Source: the human T2T-CHM13v2.0 reference genome, Homo sapiens. From it: a DNA stretch of 64,000 bases. The stretch is taken from the NCBI RefSeq assembly GCF_009914755.1, contig NC_060933.1. The stretch is one strand, 5' to 3'. The position numbers and the translations under genes are program-made. Positions 31,157 to 43,949 of this stretch are shown one piece after another (position 1 is the first letter of the stretch; every line of letters starts with the position of its first letter). The notes beneath the pieces were generated by a model. The model made no database searches and was not told where the DNA came from. It was given only the letters and a program-made list of their open reading frames with translations.

Positions 31157-31673
31157 CTTAGATATTGTTTGTTAAGCAAAAGATTGTGAATTTGAAAGAG
31201 CCAGCAGCTACTCTACTACTTGCAGATGCTATTTAGCACTTCTAGTACTGTTATTTAATGTTTTCATGTCCAGTCACTTCAACTACATTGTAAGCCCCTT
31301 AAAATCAGGGATTAACTATTTGATGCTTCTCCCAGTGAAAGTAACACATGGCCTCACACTGTAATGGAAAACAGTCTGATATAAGGAGAAAAATCTTACC
31401 TTAGGGGAAAAGGTATCTGGGGAAGGTTACTTCACTATTTGTAAAATCAGAGAGTTAGACTGAAGAAAGAAGCACAGAAGGGAGAAATAAACATGCGAGA
31501 GGGCAAATAATCCATAGGCTCCCTTGTATCATTCTCAAGTATGCATTAAAACTGGTTTTGATTATCTATTTTTTATTTACAAAACTTGTTTTTCTCAACC
31601 ATATTGCAAGACAAGGTCTCTTACACATTTCCATCAGCTTTTTTTAAAAAAACCTTTTCTTTTCTGGGTTATG

Positions 31674-32256
31674 TTAATTATCTTAGTTATTCACCAAAAT
31701 ACCTCCAAATTGCCTAAGTGCATTGTAGTTTGAGTACATACTTACATGTTCATTTAACAAATAATGTTCAAGTGCCTACTTCGTGCTATGTATAGTCCTG
31801 AGTTTATGCATTTAAATTAGACATTAATGGTAAATATCAAGAAAAGTTGTGGTGAAGATTTAAATGTTAATAAAAGAGATGCAATATATCAGGTCATACA
31901 TAGCTGAGGGTCCTGGAGGGAAGCATTTTCACTGGGCAGAGACTTTCTTGGGAAATACACAAGGGAAAATCAATCACATTATAGAATAAAAATTGGAAAA
32001 TGACTAATTTGGAAAGGTTAGTTTTAGAACTGGAATTATTTGATCTCTAGAGGGAAAGATTAATGTTTAATGTCATAAAGTCATAAAAGCCCCAATGATT
32101 TTCTTCTTTTATATAATTTCTCTTCTAATCAAAGTAATGCACATACTTAGTTTAAAAAGGCAACTATTAATTACTGAAAAATAATAATTTTCAGCCCATC
32201 TCTCCATGTCTTGACACCTATCAAAAGCATATACTTTTGCTTATTTTATCTATTTT
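31674..32256 (+). repeat. Old direct duplication, copy B (pairs with 16144-16735)
   Basis: Same four anchors at 31687, 31983, 32115 and 32233. Confidence 0.9.
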
Positions 32257-32574
32257 TAAATATTTAATAGTATATCATGTTTAAGTCTGGATTTAAACAG
32301 TTCTGCTTACCTATTTTTTATTCCCAAAACTTGTGCTCTCAATGAAATTGCAAGCTCCTGGGGTACAAGGACCTTGGGTGGCACTCTCTCCCTCATGGTC
32401 CCTGTACTACACTGCCAGGCAGACAGAAGATAGTCGCTGTTTGTTGCTTGATCAAATGTGGCAACCTTTCCTGAGGTTCCTCTAAATGCTCAAATGGCGG
32501 TGAGGATCAGTGGCCTCCCTAAGCAGCATCAGAGTTGGGGAGATTATATTAGAAGGGAGGATGATGGAGTGGGA

Positions 32575-33052
<478 letters not shown>

Positions 33053-33069
33053 TCATTTGTCATTCTTAC

Positions 33070-33259
33070 ACTGTCCAACAGAACATCCTGTGAGGATGAA
33101 AATGTTGTATATCTGCTCTATTCAATATTGTAGCCATTAGTCACTAACTACATGTAGATACTGAGCACTTCAAATGTGATTGATATGACCAAGGAAGTGA
33201 ATTTTAAAATGTATTTAATTTTAATTAATTTCAATTTCAATAGCTGATTTGGACAGCAT
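33070..33259. mobile_element. MER3-like hAT-Charlie MITE
   Basis: Terminal inverted repeats CTGTCCAA..TTGGACAG. Body gatgaaaatgttgtatatctg..gtagccattag..gagcacttcaaatgtg. Confidence 0.8.
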
Positions 33260-33909
33260 AAATTTAGTCTACACAGAAAGGTAAACCAGGAGTCACAGCA
33301 TCTGGACGACTTCACACTGACCTAAACCAAAATGTGAAAACAGATGGGGTCCTAAGAGGCTTACATGAGCCCCCGATGAAGGAATAGTAGAGAGTAGAAA
33401 GGGATGAGCCAAGTGGAGCAACACAAAGGGACGGAAATCAGCTTATATTTCTTTCCTCTAGTTCCACCCTTCTAGCACACCATTATGTAACTCTGAATCT
33501 CCAGTTTGTGGAAAGAACTAAAAGTCTTCACTCTATCACTCATTATCTGTGAGACCACCTCTCCAGTTACATTTTGCCATCTGAAAAGGGACAGTTTTAT
33601 GTTAGAGGATTTCACAGGATATTTTGAATGCTAACGCCTCATGTCCTGTGATTCAGATCTAGTTGCCTTGGTAGCCCTTCTAGAACTTCTTGGAACTATC
33701 CTGGGTAGCTCCAATTCAAGGTTTCTTCCTAGAATCCGTCTAGAGACACTTGAAATGAGATGCTGGATGGCAAAGAAGGTGGATTAACTGCCTCATGACC
33801 GTCTTCAAGGAATACACAAAACATGTCCCTACACAAAAGTGCAACACACACCTGGATATGTCAAATACACACAAATGGTATGTTAGTTCTGCAAGAAAAA
33901 CATAAAAGT

Positions 33910-34085
33910 TCAAGTTTCTTAGATGCTTGCCATATGCTAGGTATTGGTTTTCTCAAAAAATCCTTTGAGGTAGGTGTAATTGTTATTGTCCCCATTTTAT
34001 AGACACTTTATCTAGGTAACACCATTAAAAATCTGATTTGAATATAGATTGTGTGACTACAGAGTCCACACTCTAATGATTAGAA
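33910..34085 (-). mobile_element. MIR fragment
   Basis: atcctttgaggtaggt..attgtccccattttataga..gtgtgactacagagtcca. Confidence 0.6.
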
Positions 34086-34206
34086 TACAATGAATTCTCT
34101 ATAAATGTTCAGCACAAAGTAAGTTACTTGGAAAAATAATAGCTGGAATCCTGCAATTCACGTGATGGCTGGTAGTTTTGAAAGAAAGCCTTTCACTAAC
34201 ATGTAC

Positions 34207-34225
34207 TTTCGCCCCCTACTGCATG
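34207..34225 (-). promoter_or_regulatory. Candidate CTCF motif
   Basis: Minus strand CATGCAGTAGGGGGCGAAA matches the CTCF core CAGYAGRKGGCR. Motif match only. Confidence 0.45.
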
Positions 34226-34325
34226 ACTAGTCATCTTTGTATAACCAGTGACCACCTACAGAGTCTGGTACTGAGCAGGTGCCCAAAACATGATGAATGA
34301 ATGAAAGATTAACTGAATAAATAAA

Positions 34326-35090
34326 TGAGTCCTAAGTCCTGATTTTTTTTTTCTTGCCCAAATTTCTACCTAAGTGTTCTAGGGAGTCATGCCCTATAAA
34401 CCACAAATTTTCATCAGAGGGGTTTTATTTGACCCTGTTTATTGTGACTTACTTTTCAATCTGACTCTGGCATAACATTATGAGATAAGGAAAAAAAAAT
34501 ATGTAACCTTAAAATATATTTTCATGCCATATCTTAAAATTGCCCTGCAAATTCTCTTGTGTGGAAAAGTCCACATTCTATAAAAAATCCCCTTCCCCCT
34601 TTGTTTTCCTACCTTACTTGCCAGATCCAGGAGATCATCAACTAAGAGTCAGGCAGCATTTTAAGTCTGATAAAAAACAATTTACAACCTGCTCTCTCTG
34701 AAGTCGGCTACCTAAGAGCTTCCTCTGCACAATAAAACTTGGTCTCTGCAATTCTTTATATTTAACCTGAACATTCCTTTCTATCGATCCCAGGTCTTCA
34801 GACAACCTCAACCAATTGTCAACCAGAAAATGTTTAAATTTACCTATAGCCTGGAAGTCCCCACTTTGAGTTGTGCCACCTTTCTAAACCAAACCAATGT
34901 ATTTCTTAAATGTATTTGATTGATGTCTCATGCCTTCCTAAAATATATAAAACTAAGCTGCACCCTGACCATCTTGGGCACATGTTCTCAGGACCTCCTG
35001 AGGGCTGTGTCATGGGCCATGGTCATTCATATTTGGCTCAGAATGACTCTCTTCAAATATTTTAAAGAGTTTGACTCTTTTTCGTCAACA
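34326..35090 (+). mobile_element. ERV1 solo LTR, MER4 group (MER4E-like)
   Basis: TGAG..TCTTGCCCAAATT..GGGAGTCATGCCCTA..TCTGACTCTGGCATAACATTA..CATATTTGGCTCAGAAT..TTCAAATATTTT..GAGTTTGACTCTTTTTCGTCAACA. Confidence 0.9.
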
Positions 35091-35262
35091 TGACAAAAAC
35101 CATACAGACAACTTGTCTCTCCTACCTCAATCAGAAGTAGAAAAATTGGGGTATTATTCTACATGTTCAGTATGAGAATAGCACTTTCTTTCTGTTGAAT
35201 GTATGGAAATACAAACAGGTGTTAGAAAGCTAGTGTTACATTTCAAGGAAATCCATTTAAAT

Positions 35263-35282
35263 AAACATGCCTGGGCTTGCCA
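35263..35282. promoter_or_regulatory. Candidate p53/p63/p73 response element
   Basis: AAACATGCCT-GGGCTTGCCA is two adjacent RRRCWWGYYY half-sites with zero spacer, a 19/20 match. Confidence 0.45.
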
Positions 35283-35616
35283 TAGTTCGTTGAACTTGGA
35301 ATGTAGCACAGCCACCGTCAAAAAACAGAGTGAATTTTACTGGGAGCTCAACAAAAAGCAATTTGCACAGGGGGATCTATGTATCAGCAACTTTTCTTGC
35401 AAAGGGATGCTTTGGTGACCATAAACCAGATTTTTAACCAGACACTAAGCAAGATATCATGGGGATTGGGGTCATTCACCTGTCCAGAAATGGACTAAAT
35501 GATCACATTCATCTACCAAAAGAACATCTGATAAATCCCTGCCTTATTCACAATTTAATCTCTAAGAAGGTATAAAAAGGAATGAGGGACAGGATTCTTC
35601 GATTTGAAAAGAACAC

Positions 35617-35796
35617 TGGGACTGGGGGTGATTATAATGGGTCACTGTAAATTCATCAATTGTAACAAGTATGAAATTCTCCGTGGGGGAAGCTATGCCT
35701 GTGTGGGGTTTAGGGATACATGGGCAGTCTCTAAGCCTTCCTTTCAATTTTGCTGTGAACCTGAAACTGCTTTATGAAGCAGTCTTTAAAAAAAAA
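35617..35796 (+). mobile_element. L1MC/L1MD 3' tail fragment
   Basis: ttcatcaattgtaacaa..gggggaagctatgcctgtgtgggg..tcaattttgctgtgaacctgaaactgct followed by an A tail. Confidence 0.8.
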
Positions 35797-36244
35797 TATA
35801 TTGATGACAAAAAAGGGTAAGATTATTGTAAGAAATTATTTATATTATCCTCAAAAAGTATGATTGTAAAAAATGTAATTCTAAGACCTTCAAAAATATC
35901 CTCTGCCTTTAGGAAAACATATATGAAAAACTTAATTTAAAAATGTATTTGCATCTATGAGGGAGGGACTCTGCTTCTAATATACCACTTATTGTCTGCG
36001 TTGTGTCTACCATATTTATGCTTGCCTTCTCAATGAGGCATTGTGAGTGCCTGGAGAGCAGACATCTCATCCTGTCAATCTTTTTCTGCCTTCCAGTACC
36101 TAGCAGGGAGTTTTCAACATAGCAAGAGCTCCATAAAGTTTGAATTAGTTTAAATCAGTTCCAGAAGACTTAACATGTACAATGTGAAATTCTATCAAGC
36201 CATTTATGGATAGATAGCCCTGATGACTATGATAAGGAGGAATG

Positions 36245-36642
36245 TGCTATGGTTTGAATATGTCCCCTCCAAAATTCAGGTGTTGAAATGTAATGGCCAG
36301 TGTGAGGCATTAAGAGGTGGGACCTTGAGGAGGCGATTAGATCATAAGTGCTCCTCCCCCTTGAACAGGATTAAGGCCCTTATAAAAAAGGCTTTGCACA
36401 GCTTGCTTATCCTTCTGGCTCCTGCCATGTGAGGACACAGTCTTCCTCCCCTCTGGAAGTTGCAGCATCAAGGTACCATCTTGGGAGCAGAGGGCAGCCC
36501 TCATCAGACAAACCTGCCGGCACCTTGATCTTGGACTTTCCAGCCTCCAAAACTCTGAGAGAGAGAGAGAGAAAAAAAAACCTGTTGTTTATAAATTACC
36601 CACTCAGGTATTTTCTTATAGCAGCACAAATGCACTAACCCA
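36245..36642 (+). mobile_element. MaLR solo LTR (MSTD-like), full length
   Basis: TGCTATGGTTTGAATATGTCCCCTCCAAAATTCAGGTGTTG..ATAAATTACCCACTCAGGTATTTTCTTATAGCAGCACAAATGCACTAA. Confidence 0.9.
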
Positions 36643-37529
36643 TGTGCCAACAGAATGAACTCTGTATTTAGCTGAAAAGAGTAGACACCAAACACGGAAG
36701 AAGTAACAGAGAATGAAGGACTAAGAATATAGTGAATATGTCTAGCCTACTTCCAACAATACATTTTGCCATTTGCTCCTGTGGAAACAGTTAGCTATGA
36801 CTGCAGTCAGTCATAAAGGAACAGGTTAAAGTGTACAAGTTACTTGGTATTCGGAAGCCATGTTATTTAACGAGAATGCTTGACAACGTGGATGACCATG
36901 GATACGTGATGGTAAAATGCATGGTTGATTTGATCCATTCAGTGAAACAACTAATTCCCCTTTTCCTGCCACAACCTGTATAGGTAGCCTCTTGAGAACT
37001 TGGGGTAACATTGAAAAAGGCAAAGATCAACCTGCTACAAATAAACTAAAGATAATTTACTGACTTCAGTATAATCTTGGCCATTCTTTTTGTTTTTCAC
37101 AATTTTGATTCTCCCCTTTGGCACCCATTATTTCTTGCTTATGGCAGGATGACCTCAAACCATTCAACACAGGAGCATGCTACCACATAATTTATTTCTT
37201 GCTGTTATGTTTCTCTGGACACTGTCTGCTTAATACACTGTCTTGGATCCCAATGTACTTTATCCAATACCTATAATGAAAGCAGGGGTCAGAAGAAAGA
37301 AGCCACTAGGGGGCCTGTGACACATGGGATTGGAAAGATGAGTCAAGAATGTTCACCTTGGAGACTTCCCAAGATGCCTCCAAGAACTGTCCTAAATTTT
37401 TTTCTTAGACATCGCAGAGTCAGGTCCATTCTTTGATTACTGGCCCTGAGAATTCTATAACAAAACTAGGTGAGAATGTTTTCTTGGCAATATAACTCCC
37501 TCAATTTTTATAGTGAAACCCCAGACTTT

Positions 37530-37870
37530 ATTTTCTCATCCATCCTCAGCTATTTATCTCCAGTCTCAGAGGAGAATACCTTTTCTCATTTCCAAAACTA
37601 ATTTTTTTACCTAAGGATTTCTTCCCTCCCAACCTCTTTAAGGACTTGCCCCATCAATTATCTCCACTCTTACTTAAGTCTGAAATCTCTCCCTCTCCCT
37701 GATTGTTTCCCATGCTTAAGTAAATTGTTCAAGTCTTTCACACCTTTTAAAACAAATAAATCAGCTTCCTGAAGTCTATAGACCTCTTCCTAACTGCAAT
37801 TATAACTTCATTTGTATAGATACAACAGTTTATATTCACCGGCTTCATTTTCATGCCCTCAACCCATATT
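37530..37870 (+). mobile_element. L2 internal fragment
   Basis: ccagtctcagaggag..aaggacttgccccatcaattatctcc..aatctctccctctc. Confidence 0.5.
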
Positions 37871-39312
37871 AGGACCTGGAGAATCAAGCTCAGGGAAGTG
37901 CCCAATTCTATATATTAAACTTTGGATTTCACTCAAAATTATTTTCTCTTCCCAGGGTTGGGTTTTTGATAAGCCAGAAGACAGGGAACGTGGACATGGT
38001 CCTTCTTTCTTCTCTTTTTTTTCCACTTAATGACTCCACTTCTTCTCACTTATCTGGTATCATGATTTTAATGCCACCAGGGCTAAAACCAGAGGAAGGG
38101 AATGAAGTCTATGAGGGCAGAATATTCTCACTGAATGGTTAATCAGCTAAGACAGCGTTATGCTCTCTGACCTGACAAAGTTTAAATCTAACCCTTTCTT
38201 TTCTTGGGTACTTTTGAGGTTCTTCACAGGCCCTATTGGGAACATCATTTGTACTTTCCAGGTGATACATGACTCCCATGTGCTGTATGAAAAATTTTCC
38301 TTCATCCTTTGTCCAAAGTGTCTGGAATGTGGGCCAAGTCCCATGCAGCGGCAACTCTGCGCTCCATTACCAAAGCAGGACCCAGACTCTTGCCCTCCAA
38401 ATTACTCAAATCATTATCAGACACAGGCCAAAGTTTCATGGGACATGTATCAAGCTGACAGAATGATCCTGTTGGACTTAAAGTGACAAGGGAAGCATCT
38501 CCTTTCCCTATCATTATCATAAATTATCTCTCTCAAACACAATTGTTTTATATCCTCAATGCATAGGAATGATAAAACATATGCTTGGCACTTTGAAATT
38601 TGTGCATGTTTGTTCAGGTATCTATCATGTTAGGGTATGTTTGAAAGTGTACTTTAACATGCTTTTGGCAACACAATTCCAGAGATGCAGGTACTTGGAG
38701 ACAGACTGACATACCTTGATCCTCAGTGGTTTTGGTGGTTGGAGAGATCATTGCCTTGAAAATATCTTCATCAGGAGCAGTGAATCCTAAATATCTATGT
38801 CTCCCCACAGCCTTATTACACCTGGGGTTCACAGTCTCAATGATCTCCGGATAACATGATCTTAACCCTGTCAAGGTCTCTATCTTATTTAAGGTGATCC
38901 CACATGAAATATGTCCCATCTGGAGGCTCCATTTGACATGAATTTTAAAGGATTTTAAGAATTAGGGCCTGGTGAGTATGGGAATTGGGAAGATATTAAA
39001 AGAAGAGGCAGTAAATTGTTTTAGGACAGATAATGTAGCATTTTTTTTCAGGTTAAGGGATTTCCACCTTACCTTACAGAAATCTTCAATTTCTACCATC
39101 CAATTCCATATCCTTAAATATTGATCAAGGATAATTCACTTCTATGAAGAACCACTGGGGATGCTGCAGAAAGAATGCTTCATGAATCCCAATGGTAAAT
39201 TACAATCACTAAAGTAAAATGAGCACGTCTGTCTTATACACAGTCTGAAAAATCCTTATTGTTAACATGAGGGTTACAACTGGGTTCATGAGAAGGTTTA
39301 GGTACCCTTCAC

Positions 39313-39350
39313 CTTCTATATTGTCTCCAATGGTGGAGACAATATAGAAG
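39313..39350. repeat. Perfect inverted repeat, 17-bp arms, 4-nt loop
   Basis: CTTCTATATTGTCTCCA-ATGG-TGGAGACAATATAGAAG. Confidence 0.97.
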
Positions 39351-40344
39351 TGAGAGCTGAAGAGTAGCTCTCCCTAGGCTTTATAAAAATTTAGAAGTTT
39401 CAAAGGTGGATTTGGGTCAGGGTCGTGTAAGGGGAAAGAGGATTAAAATATAAATTAAGAGACTTTTAAAAAGTGAGAGATCAGGTTGAAGGGAAAGGAT
39501 ATAATTTCAACATTTGAACTCAGAAAGTTGGACTTGGATAGGAATGTGCTGGGGCTCTAGGCAGATGGGATGAGTACAGGGATTGAGCTGAGCTGGATGG
39601 AGATGGGACAAGGCTGTCTTGTGGAAGACAGAAGGGCTCCCTCACCCACATCTCTCTTGGTCACAGCTTCCCAGAATATTCATAATTTGTCTGTATACCT
39701 AGACTTCCACTGGGAAGGCCAGAGAATCAAGGGATCGCCCAAGCTGTTTTCTCTTTCCAGAGCAAGATCAAACAGGATAGATCTGGAGCCAAGGCTAGCA
39801 TTCAAGGCTGACTGACCAAGGGCTGAGAACCAGACATACCCAAGTACCCAATTCCCTGAGGTCTTCCCATGTAGGGGTTACAGGCAGATGGAAGCAGGGG
39901 GAGAGAAGAATGTAAGAGAAAAACATTATTTATCCTCTACTTGGCTATTGCATAATTTAAAATCTTAGACCTGGCCACATCACTTCTTTATTTTCAAATG
40001 TCCCCACATCTAAAAGAAGAACAAACACAGTGTGGCAAACAAATGCCCTCCACAACATGACATTGCTTTCCTGCCTCCTTAAACTCATCTTTCACATACG
40101 CCAGTGCTCTCACCATAGGTACTGCCAAAATTTCACCATATTCATGCCTCCTTGTCCTTGTTTATGCTGTACCTCCTGCCCTTACATCTTTTCTGCATTT
40201 GGTCAGCGTCTACACATCCCTCTGAGCTCATCTCCTCTGATCTTACTCAACCTTCCTCCGTATCCCCAGGGAACCCAGGCTTAATCCTTCCTTTGCTGTG
40301 GAGTTATACTGTGCGGCTTGCCATTCTGTTTGTAAAGTTTGGTG

Positions 40345-40590
40345 GTCATGGTGGACTTGGATAACCTGATTCTTACTATGGATCTGCCACTGCTAGTGTG
40401 TGACCTTGAGATATTTATATAACCTCCTGAAGTTTCATTTTTCTCATTTTATTATCTGAAAAAAATGAGAATAATAATTCATACATACCTCATCTGGTCA
40501 TTATGAGGCTTAAGTGAAATAATGCATGTAAAGCATTTAAAACAGTGCTTAAAACATTTAAGCTTCTATTAAATGTTACTTGATATTAAT
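40345..40590 (+). mobile_element. MIR
   Basis: tctgccactgctagtgtgtgaccttg..tttctcat..atgaggcttaagtgaaataatgcatgtaaagcattta. Confidence 0.75.
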
Positions 40591-41245
40591 CATAGCATTT
40601 ATGAGACCTCATATAGTGTCAGACTCAAGAAAGAAGCAAAGAGGTATACATTTTTCTCCTCAAATTTTGAAAGTATTAATAACATTGAATTTCATTATAT
40701 TAAAAATTAAACCTTTGGGAGGAGGGGCTTGGAGGGGCTACTAGATCAAAGAACAATAGGAGACAGGCATTCCACAGAGCAGGGGGGTCTACTTCCCGGC
40801 AGATATCCGTGCCCTCCTCTTACTCCACTGTAAAGCAGTCGCTCCAGCCAGAGGCAGCCGAGGCCCAGCCATGCCATGGGTGAGAGGCAGCCACTTTCCA
40901 GGCGCAGAACTTTCTCCTTCTCTAAGAGAAAATGGCAAATAAATAAATAAAATCTGTATAAATTTAAATAATTGGAAGGCAGCTTGACTGAAAAAGACAC
41001 TTTTCTTTTTCACCACAAATGTCACCATCTGGACTTTTCCTTTTTTAATTTCTTTGGGACCTGACAAGTCACTGGGCTGCTATAATCACACCCAGTCAAA
41101 AATGACAGACACATCTCGGTGAGTTATGGTGGGCAGAGTTCCAGGGTGGCCAGTGAGGACCCAGAAATCAGTGGGAGGGTAGTTTCAACAGCCACCCCCT
41201 CCCCAGAACACAAAAGCTCCTGAAGTGTGAGCAACCTGAATACAC

Positions 41246-41268
41246 CACACACACACACACACACACAC
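41246..41268. repeat. (CA)11 microsatellite
   Basis: Directly visible. Confidence 0.95.
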
Positions 41269-41940
41269 GTGAGCATTTGTGGACGTGTGTGCACTTTCGA
41301 GATAGCATTCAATTAACCTACTAGTTAACTCATTTTCTAGCAAAAAACTAAAGGGCAGGAAAGGCCACTCAGCAGACTGTGCTGCTATTAATAAACTACA
41401 TGTGGCCACCTGTGTCTCTGCTTGTCTTGGTTTCTCCCAAACTGTCCTTCATCAAGCAAGGCAAGAATAATCCAGGGGAACCAGCAAAGTGGATCCATTT
41501 TTCTATATTGGTCAACTGAGAAACTCCATGCAGCCACAGGTCTACAGGCTTATTCACAGCAATCACATATAAATATTCCTACCCACAAAATCACATTGTT
41601 TAATATTTTATTTTTGCTATTCCTGTACTATTTTAGTTACAATTGTCTGGAAAGTACAACGCCTCCCCTGTAGATCTTGTGCAGAGTACTTTTTCAAAAC
41701 AGAAAAATTTACCATTTTGTAAATTGTCTTCTATGGCAATTTACAAAGCTCCAGTCTTTAGGAATATTTGCCTATTGCTTAGTTTATTTGCATAGGCCTT
41801 AATGAGTGTATGTACATAGATGGACATATACATACATACACACATATATGAATATACATATATTCATTTGCCCAATTTTTGCAGTGTTCTATGTATAAGT
41901 AAGCACTGTGATAAAATTACAAGCTCAAGGTCTACTAGGA

Positions 41941-42066
41941 CAGTGCTTTTCAAACTGGAATGTGCCTACAAATCACATTAGGAACTTTTCATTTACTAGT
42001 CTGTATTTCTAGTAAGTACCAGGAGATGCAATGTCACCGGTCCATGGACCACAGTATGAGTAGCAA
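41941..42066. mobile_element. MER5-type MITE (MER5B-like), internally deleted
   Basis: cagtgcttttcaaact..aaatcac..ctgtatttctagtaag..ggtccatggaccacagtatgagtagca. Confidence 0.65.
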
Positions 42067-42093
42067 AGTATTACAGGAAATAGACATAGTTTT

Positions 42094-42302
42094 GTTTTTG
42101 AGATGAAGTTTCACTGTGTCACCCAGACTGGAGTGCAGTCGTGCCATCTTGGCTCACAGCAATCTCCACCTTCAGGGCTCAACCGATTCTTCTTCCTCAC
42201 CATGTTGGCCAGGCTAGTCTTGAACTCCTGACCTTAGGTGATCCTCCCACCTCGGCCTCCCAAAGTGCTAGGATTACAGGCGTAAGCCACCGTGCCCAGC
42301 CC
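42094..42302 (-). mobile_element. Old Alu (AluJ-like) with an internal deletion
   Basis: About 210 bp. The right-arm CCTCA joins directly to the left-arm CCATGTTGGCC. TSD AGACATAGTTTT at 42082 and 42303. Confidence 0.9.
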
Positions 42303-42329
42303 AGACATAGTTTTTAAACTCGAAATTTA

Positions 42330-43130
42330 TGAGTCCTCCTGCAGATACACCTCAACCTCACATTCCACACCCAATCATTACCAGAGCAATCACTTTATAA
42401 ATGCCTCTCAAATGCACCTTTTGTTTCCACCTTCGGTGTCACTAGGCTGGTCCATCTCCATCACAACCACTTGTCTCCCAGACTAGGGTAGTTTTGCCTT
42501 TCTTCAACCGTATTTAACAAGCACTGTGGCCAGAATGATATATTTAACATGCAAATCAGAACCTCTGCTTCTTGGGCTTAAAATTCTTAGATGGCTTCCC
42601 ATTGTCCTTAGGATCACATCCAAAATGCTTAATATGGTCTATGAAGCCCAGTGTGATCCAATTCTCTTCTATCTGTGTAGCATCATCTCCCACCAGACTC
42701 CCTCTTTATCACTTACTTCATCTACTCTAGCCTTCTTTTGGCTTCCTGAGTATGCACAACTTCTTCGTAACTGAGGGACTTCAAACCTGACATTTCTACC
42801 CGCTGCCTGAGACTTTTTTTCTCATGATTTCTCCTCCTCTGCTGCCCTCCTACCAGCTACTCCCAACCCTCTACTTCAATTCACCCTTCAGGTCTCAGCT
42901 GAGATTTAAGCTGTTCAACTAGGTTTCTGTTTCCTGTTTGACGCTATCAAAGGACTCTGCATTTTGCTTTCGTAGAATGTATTAATGCATTGTTTACATA
43001 GTTGTTTTGCTTACTGTAAGCTCCCTAAGGACAGGGTCTAGGTCTACCTCAGCATCATTGAACCACCAGCACGTAGCTCAGGATGTGGCATACAGAAGTC
43101 TCTCTTACTGAATGTTCTGAATGAATGAAG
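42330..43130 (+). mobile_element. L2 (L2a/b-like) 3' region
   Basis: gccagaatgata..atgcaaatcaga..tggcttcccattgtccttagga..ctgtaagctccctaaggacagggtc..ctgaatgaatgaa tail. Confidence 0.8.
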
Positions 43131-43186
43131 AAAAGAGACTGAACTTGTGACCAGGGATGCACAAGTGGTATGTAAAACTCCAGTGA

Positions 43187-43490
43187 GAGTGGCTCATGCC
43201 TGTAATCCCAGCACTTTGGGAGGCCAAGGCGGGTGGACCACTTGAAGTTAGGAGTTTGAGACGAGCCTGGCCAACATGGTGAAACCCCATCTCTTCTAAA
43301 AATACAAAACATTAGCCAGGCATGGTGGCAGTTGCCTGTAATCCCAGCTATGCAGCAGGCTGAGGCAGGAGAATCACTTGAACCAGGAGGTGGAGGTTGC
43401 AGTGCGCCGAGATCATGCCACTGCACTCCAGCCTGGGCAACAAGAGCGAAACTCTGTCTGAAAACAAAAACAAAAACAAAACAAAAACAA
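43187..43490 (+). mobile_element. AluSq-like, 5'-truncated by about 9 nt, with a (CAAAA/A)n tail
   Basis: GGGCAACAAGAGCGAAACTC diagnostic. TSD AAAACTCCAGTGA at 43174 and 43491. Confidence 0.93.
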
Positions 43491-43949
43491 AAAACTCCAG
43501 TGACAGCCAATAGTGAGTAAAAGTTTTACTGTGCAGATGAAGGGCAAGAGTGGAGTCAGATGTTGTGACTCACATTGGACGGGGATTCAAGGAAAAGAAG
43601 TACTTGGGCAAGATATTAGAATAGGTGCTTGTGAGGCAGATGTGAGAGAGAGTGTTCCAGACAGCAGGAAAAGGGGCAGGCAGTGCCCAGCGTGGGCAGT
43701 CTTTTATGCTATGGCAAATACTTTGGCCTTTAGCTTATCAGTGGTACGGCAGGACAGAGAAGTTTTAAATCTGGAGATGATGTAATTTTATTATCATTAC
43801 ATTTGTGCTTCAGAGACATCTCTATGGAAGCAGAATACAAAATGGGAAGGATAAAGAATTGTGACAGAGAGGATGGTTAAGAAATGTTGGTATTAGCCCG
43901 GGTAAGAGATGAAGCAAAAACAAATATCATTATAGAAAATAATATTTTA

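Noticed and set aside
38140-38930. Possible plus-strand exons (acceptor-like TTTGTACTTTCCAG near 38260 and TGTCTCCCCACAG near 38810)
   Set aside because: There are no convincing paired donors and no coding signal. Such acceptor-like strings are common.
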